NCBI GenBank assembly: GCA_945881945.1
Contig: CAMCVO010000008.1
Location: 24,461-64,460, forward strand
DNA: 40,000 nucleotides
Source of the DNA: Bifidobacterium breve
Lineage (GTDB): Bacteria; Actinomycetota; Actinomycetes; Nanopelagicales; Nanopelagicaceae
Reading direction: 5' to 3'
Shown here piece after piece: positions 35,518 to 40,000 of this stretch. Made by a program: the position numbers and the translations under genes. The notes under the pieces were generated by a model. That model saw only the letters and a list, made by a program, of their open reading frames with translations, did not search any database and was not told where the DNA came from. Positions within the stretch are counted from its first letter, which is position 1. The number at the start of each line of letters is the position of its first letter.

Positions 35518-35902
35518 ATTTTTAAAAAAATCAGATAACGGCTCTGCAACTGCAGAGTTTGTTATCTTTACCCTTCCTTTTTTTACCGCCTTTTTAATTT
35601 TGATTACAACTGTTTCAAGTAAGAGCTTAGCGATCTCAGAGAGTGAAAACTTAGCAAGACAGACGGTGCGAGCCTTTGTTACTTCACCAAGTGCGGATTT
35701 GGCGATGGCCAGGGCCTATCAAGTACTAGAGATTTATAAATCAAAGCGATCACCAAGTGGTAATCAAATTCGGCAGATTGAATTAGATATCTCCTGCAGC
35801 TTCTACCCATGTTTTTCTCCTGGAAATATGGTTACTTCAACTATCATCGTAGGAAAAAGTGAAAAGGCATCAGCTAGTGAGTATGTAGATCTATGGCGAT
35901 AG
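35498..35902 (+). CDS. TadE-family minor pilin
   Basis: Classical 'NGSATAEFVIFTLPFFTAFLILI' TadE motif. 20-nt overlap with the upstream gene. Confidence 0.7.
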   Translation: MKTLPIKFLKKSDNGSATAEFVIFTLPFFTAFLILITTVSSKSLAISESENLARQTVRAFVTSPSADLAMARAYQVLEIYKSKRSPSGNQIRQIELDISCSFYPCFSPGNMVTSTIIVGKSEKASASEYVDLWR

Positions 35903-36363
35903 CAAAGATAATTTCTGGTAAAAGCCGTGGCTCATTGCTCCCACTCTCATTTGGCTTTTTTCTACTTGCGATGACACTAACCTTTATCTCGATAAATGTT
36001 GCCTCTGCTTACTCAGTTAAAAAGCAATTAACTAATCTTGCTGAGGGTGCGATTAATAAATCCGCCCAATCAATAAACTCACTTGCCTACTACGCCGAGG
36101 TAAATAGATTTAGTAGCGAAAAACGGGTGCCGCTAGATTGTATTGCTGCTCAAGCCAAGTTTTATCAATTGATTAATCAACTCAGATTGCATGAGAAACA
36201 AATCAAAGTAGATCACTTTAAATGTGAGCTATATGAAGTATCTGCTCAAGTTTCGATCGCTGGCAATATGCCAATTCAGATACCATTTATGGAATCTGTT
36301 GCGTTAAATAGATTGATAATCTCCACTCAAGTTGGCGCAAGTTCGGTATACATCCCTAATTAG
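35893..36363 (+). CDS. TadG/Rv3654c-like pilus-assembly (pseudopilin) protein
   Basis: '[43 protein letters not shown]' fits the Tad/TadG-like N-terminal pattern. 10-nt overlap with the upstream gene. Confidence 0.5.
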   Translation: MAIAKIISGKSRGSLLPLSFGFFLLAMTLTFISINVASAYSVKKQLTNLAEGAINKSAQSINSLAYYAEVNRFSSEKRVPLDCIAAQAKFYQLINQLRLHEKQIKVDHFKCELYEVSAQVSIAGNMPIQIPFMESVALNRLIISTQVGASSVYIPN

Positions 36364-36377
36364 ATTACCCTTGCCCT

Positions 36378-37484
36378 ATGGCCGCCCGAGATTATCAAGA
36401 TGAGATCAATAAAATTGATGTCACTCTTAAGTCAATTGAGCAGGTTTTAAACCTACCGAAATTAATTGAAAATGCTGCTGAATTAGAAAAGCAGGCGAGT
36501 GTGCCAAATCTTTGGGATGACCCCCAAGCAGCTCAGGTAATTACAAGTAAATTGTCCAGAGCACAATCAACTATAAATAAGATCAGTTCAATTCGAAGTA
36601 GATTAAATGATCTGCCAGTAATGGTTGAGTTATCAGCAAATGAAAGTGATAAGGCATCTGCTTTTAAAGAGGTTGATAAAGAGTTAGATGAGTTAACTCA
36701 AGTGATTAATGATCTTGAGGTACAGACTTTGTTAAGCGGTGAGTATGACGAGCGAGATGCGTTGATGACCATTAGATCAGAGGCTGGTGGCGTAGAAGCT
36801 GCTGATTGGGCGCAGATGCTGATGCGGATGTACGTTAGATTTTGTGAGCGCCATAATTACAAAATAGATGTTCTAGAAACCTCATATGCTGAAGAGGCTG
36901 GAATTAAATCAACCACATTTAGAATCTCATCCCCTTATGCATATGGCAGACTTTCCGTAGAGCAGGGGACACATCGATTAGTTCGTATCTCACCCTTTGA
37001 TTCCCAATCTCGTCGCCACACATCCTTTGCTGGCGTTGAGGTTGTGCCAGTGGTTGAGCAAAGTGATCATATTGAGATTGAAGAAAAAGATTTAAGAGTA
37101 GATGTCTATCGCTCCTCTGGCCCTGGTGGTCAAGGTGTCAACACCACTGACTCAGCGGTGAGAATTACCCACACGCCATCTGGAATTGTGGTCTCCTGTC
37201 AAAATGAAAGATCACAAATTCAAAACCGGGCAACTGCCATGGCGGTATTGCAATCTAAATTATTAGAACGACGTCGATTAGAAGAGCGCGCCAAGATGGA
37301 TGCATTAAAGGGAGATAACTCTGGCTCTTGGGGAAATCAAATGAGATCTTATGTACTTGCTCCATATCAAATGGTGAAAGATCTGCGGACAAATTTTGAA
37401 GTTGGAAATCCATCTTCCGTTTTAGATGGTGATTTGGATGGGTTTATTGAGGCAGGTATTAAATGGCGCAAGGGGCGCGAGTAA
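36378..37484 (+). CDS. prfB: peptide chain release factor 2, encoded in one continuous frame
   Basis: 'SPF' (RISPFDS) and 'GGQ' ([16 protein letters not shown]). 368 aa without interruption. Confidence 0.95.
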   Translation: MAARDYQDEINKIDVTLKSIEQVLNLPKLIENAAELEKQASVPNLWDDPQAAQVITSKLSRAQSTINKISSIRSRLNDLPVMVELSANESDKASAFKEVDKELDELTQVINDLEVQTLLSGEYDERDALMTIRSEAGGVEAADWAQMLMRMYVRFCERHNYKIDVLETSYAEEAGIKSTTFRISSPYAYGRLSVEQGTHRLVRISPFDSQSRRHTSFAGVEVVPVVEQSDHIEIEEKDLRVDVYRSSGPGGQGVNTTDSAVRITHTPSGIVVSCQNERSQIQNRATAMAVLQSKLLERRRLEERAKMDALKGDNSGSWGNQMRSYVLAPYQMVKDLRTNFEVGNPSSVLDGDLDGFIEAGIKWRKGRE

Positions 37485-37604
37485 TCTCACATTTAGCCTA
37501 AATTCTCAGTTTTATATTGCAAAAATCATCATTAAATCACCAATTAATTGTGGTTACTTATCTAAACTAGCACTAGTTGATCAGCGCACTCACCTTAAGG
37601 GGTT

Positions 37605-38300
37605 TTGATTTTGATTCGTTTTGAGAATGTCACAAAGCTCTATCCCAGACAAGATAAAGCTGCCCTAGATGGGGTCAACCTAGAGATTACTAAGGGTGAG
37701 TTTGTTTTCTTAGTTGGTTTATCTGGTTCTGGAAAATCTACCTTTTTAAGATTAGTGCTGCGAGAAGAGCGACCAAGCTCAGGTGTGATTCATGTGGCAG
37801 GAAAAGATTTAAATACTTTGGCAAACCATAAGGTGCCAGAGTTGCGCCGGCAGGTGGGAACAGTTTTCCAAGACTTTAGGTTGCTACCAAATAAGACCGT
37901 CTCTGAAAATGTTGCCTTTACCCTGCACGTCTTAGGGTATTCAAAGAAGCAGATCGGACGAGATGTACCGGAGGTTTTAGAGTTGGTCGGACTTGAAGAA
38001 AAGGGTGATCGCAAACCAAGTGAGTTATCAGGTGGTGAGCAACAACGAGTTGCCATCGCTAGAGCATATGTTTCTCGGCCAACAATTTTGATTGCCGATG
38101 AGCCAACCGGAAACTTAGATCCAGCGACCTCAGTTGGCATTATGAAATTACTAGATCGCATCAATCGAGAGGGCACCACAGTTGTAATGGCAACTCATGA
38201 TGCTGGAATTGTCGACCAAATGCGAAAGCGAGTAATTGAATTAGAAGGTGGCCATGTAATCCGCGATCAAGCCCGTGGTGTCTATGGCTATACCGGTTAA
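37605..38300 (+). CDS. ftsE: cell-division ABC ATPase FtsE
   Basis: 'GLSGSGKST', 'LSGGEQQR', '[12 protein letters not shown]'. Followed by ftsX. Confidence 0.92.
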   Translation: MILIRFENVTKLYPRQDKAALDGVNLEITKGEFVFLVGLSGSGKSTFLRLVLREERPSSGVIHVAGKDLNTLANHKVPELRRQVGTVFQDFRLLPNKTVSENVAFTLHVLGYSKKQIGRDVPEVLELVGLEEKGDRKPSELSGGEQQRVAIARAYVSRPTILIADEPTGNLDPATSVGIMKLLDRINREGTTVVMATHDAGIVDQMRKRVIELEGGHVIRDQARGVYGYTG

Positions 38301-38329
38301 AGCCAAGATGAAAAAGATAGGGTTACCAA

Positions 38330-39232
38330 ATGCGCGCTAAGTTTGTAATGAGTGAGGTAGGTATAGGCCTGCGCCGAAACCTAACAATGACCTTTGCAGT
38401 GGTAATTACTGTTGCTATCTCTTTGTCCCTTCTTGGTATTGGCTTACTGGCAAACTCACAGGTGCGAGTAATGAAGGATTATTGGTATGACAAAATTGAG
38501 GTTTCAATATTTCTCTGTGGTTCCTTATCTGAAGGACAATCATGTGCAAATGGTGTAATCACTCAAGACCAAAAGATTGGCATTCAACGAGATCTGCAGG
38601 CACTTCCAGTTGTGCAAGAGGTTTACTACGAATCACAAACTGAAGCATTTAAACGTTTTCAAGAAAGATTTGAGGGCTCAGCAATTGCACAAAATGTCAC
38701 AGCAGATCAACTCCCTGAATCATTTAGGGTAAAACTTAAAGATCCAACTAAGTTTGCAGTTATAGAAAGTGCCTTTGCTGGCCGGCCAGGTGTTGATATT
38801 GTGCAGGATCAACGGGCAATCTTAGAAAAGTTTTTTGGATTACTAGGTGTATTGCGAAATGGTGCATTAGCAATAGGTGCCGCATCAGTATTAACCGCTG
38901 CGTTATTAATAAGTAACACTCTGCGAATAGCTGCCTTTAATAGAAGGCGGGAGACTGGGGTAATGAAGCTAGTTGGTGCATCAAGTTTTTCAATTCAGTT
39001 GCCATTTTTATTAGAGGGTATCTTTGCCGCCGTTTTTGGCTGGCTAGTCTCAACTGGATTTTTATCTGCATTTAAAGCGGTAGTGGATGCAAATGTGGCA
39101 CCACTTTTAACCTTCACCCAATTTTTCACCTGGCGCGATGTTTGGGTGGCAAGTGCCTGGCTGTTATTAACAGGTTTATTTGTTTCCGGGTTAGCATCAG
39201 TGCTCACCTTGCGTAAATATCTAAAGGTTTAA
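38330..39232 (+). CDS. ftsX: cell-division permease-like protein FtsX
   Basis: TM1, a periplasmic domain of about 100 aa, three C-terminal TM segments, and 'MKLVGAS'. Follows ftsE. Confidence 0.9.
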   Translation: MRAKFVMSEVGIGLRRNLTMTFAVVITVAISLSLLGIGLLANSQVRVMKDYWYDKIEVSIFLCGSLSEGQSCANGVITQDQKIGIQRDLQALPVVQEVYYESQTEAFKRFQERFEGSAIAQNVTADQLPESFRVKLKDPTKFAVIESAFAGRPGVDIVQDQRAILEKFFGLLGVLRNGALAIGAASVLTAALLISNTLRIAAFNRRRETGVMKLVGASSFSIQLPFLLEGIFAAVFGWLVSTGFLSAFKAVVDANVAPLLTFTQFFTWRDVWVASAWLLLTGLFVSGLASVLTLRKYLKV

Positions 39233-39261
39233 CCACCTCCGCACAACTGAAAGATTGGGGG

Positions 39262-39783
39262 TTGCTTGTGGTCAAAGAGTTAGGCAAGAAGGTAATTGCC
39301 CAAAATAAAAGCGCCCGCCATGACTACTTTATTGAAGAGGTCTATGAGTGTGGGTTGGTGCTAACTGGCACTGAGGTTAAATCCTTAAGAGCAGGACGGG
39401 CCTCATTAACTGATGGTTATGCAATGGCAAAAGATGGTGAGATTTGGGTAAGTGGTATCCACATTCCTGAATACAACCAGGGCTCTTGGACAAATCATCC
39501 ACCACGGCGAGATCGCAAATTACTTCTTCACAAACGAGAGATTGCTCAGATCTCAGGTGTGATTAAGCAAGGTGGTTTAACCCTAATTCCCCTTTCACTT
39601 TACTTTAAAGATGGCAAAGCAAAGGTTGAGATTGCAGTTGCAAAGGGTAAGAAAGCACATGACAAGCGAAATACATTGATGGAGCAGCAGATGACCCGTG
39701 AAGTAAACCGTGAGTTATCTAGGCGCACCACTGGTAAAAGTAGTAGTGGAAAGCGCAAAAAATCTGATGCTGATTACGATTAG
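39262..39783 (+). CDS. smpB: SsrA-binding protein SmpB
   Basis: '[24 protein letters not shown]', '[11 protein letters not shown]'. Basic C-terminal tail. The start may be GTG 39268. Confidence 0.93.
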   Translation: MLVVKELGKKVIAQNKSARHDYFIEEVYECGLVLTGTEVKSLRAGRASLTDGYAMAKDGEIWVSGIHIPEYNQGSWTNHPPRRDRKLLLHKREIAQISGVIKQGGLTLIPLSLYFKDGKAKVEIAVAKGKKAHDKRNTLMEQQMTREVNRELSRRTTGKSSSGKRKKSDADYD

Positions 39784-39868
39784 TAACCTAATTAACAGTA
39801 TTTATAAATAAGCTGTAAAATAACCCTTTCAAACAACTAAATATTGAATAGTAATTCGCTTTAATCTT

Positions 39869-40000
39869 GGGGGTGAACGGTCTCGACTTTAGTCGTTACT
39901 TCAAGGCAAGCGGGCCGAGGAAGCCGTGATGATCTCGTTAACCACAAAAACATGGCAAACTATAAGCGCAAGTAAAACTGCCGCTGATTATCAACTAGCT
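39869..40000 (+). ncRNA. ssrA: tmRNA (ssrA), 5' portion; runs off the 3' edge of the window
   Basis: GGGGGUGAACGGUCUCGACUU...CAAGGCAAGCGGGCCG parallels the M. tuberculosis ssrA 5' end from memory. 'UAUAAGC' precedes the resume codon GCA at 39968. The tag reads ASKTAADYQLA..., ending in the YxLA(A)-type degradation signal. It lies directly downstream of smpB. Confidence 0.88.

Noticed and set aside
36378-36480. Programmed +1 frameshift site in prfB (CUU UGA C after about 25 codons).
   Set aside because: The RF2 reading frame is continuous from ATG 36378 for 368 codons with a full-length N-terminus. No in-frame UGA or frameshift cassette is present.
1-40000. Mobile elements, prophage, CRISPR arrays, toxin-antitoxin pairs and defence systems.
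   Set aside because: I recognised no transposase, integrase or recombinase motifs. There are no terminal inverted repeats or direct-repeat arrays, no tRNA integration target, and no compositionally foreign block. Gene order is core-chromosome synteny throughout.

Overview
This is a tightly packed, moderately AT-rich actinobacterial core-chromosome segment. I call 45 protein genes, including one small ORF that is missing from the ORF track, plus the 5' part of tmRNA. I see no rRNA, tRNA, CRISPR array, transposase, integrase or phage gene. The actinobacterial assignment rests on two WhiB proteins (WhiB2-like and WhiB1-like), MtrA/MtrB, PdtaS, the mycothiol enzyme MshB, and the DUF3107, DUF3499 and Rv3235 families. 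From memory, gene order follows M. tuberculosis blocks: Rv3208/3208A; Rv1170-1178; Rv3264c-3257c; Rv3248c-3240c; Rv3235; Rv3220c/3219; Rv3105c-3100c. The low GC and extreme compaction suggest a genome-streamlined lineage, possibly a freshwater actinobacterium, but that is only a guess. I do not see a convincing self-contained novel system such as a defence island or a biosynthetic cluster, and most of the window is ordinary housekeeping. The most unusual observations are these. (1) A Tad/Flp pilus locus is split into two halves 12.8 kb apart, with no ATPase or platform genes in the window, a TadZ/Ssd-like protein whose P-loop is destroyed, and a non-canonical pilin. (2) mtrAB lacks the normally linked lpqB. 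(3) A GC-rich island with mutually exclusive hairpins sits in the whiB1/msrA divergent spacer. (4) The only long non-coding stretch (about 530 bp, very AT-rich) carries an inverted repeat with perfect 8-nt arms and a long TerC leader. (5) TerC is fused into one operon with an ABC-2 glycan-type exporter. (6) All six convergent gene junctions have 1 nt of spacer or less. All calls come from reading the translations and the sequence by eye. No searches were run.
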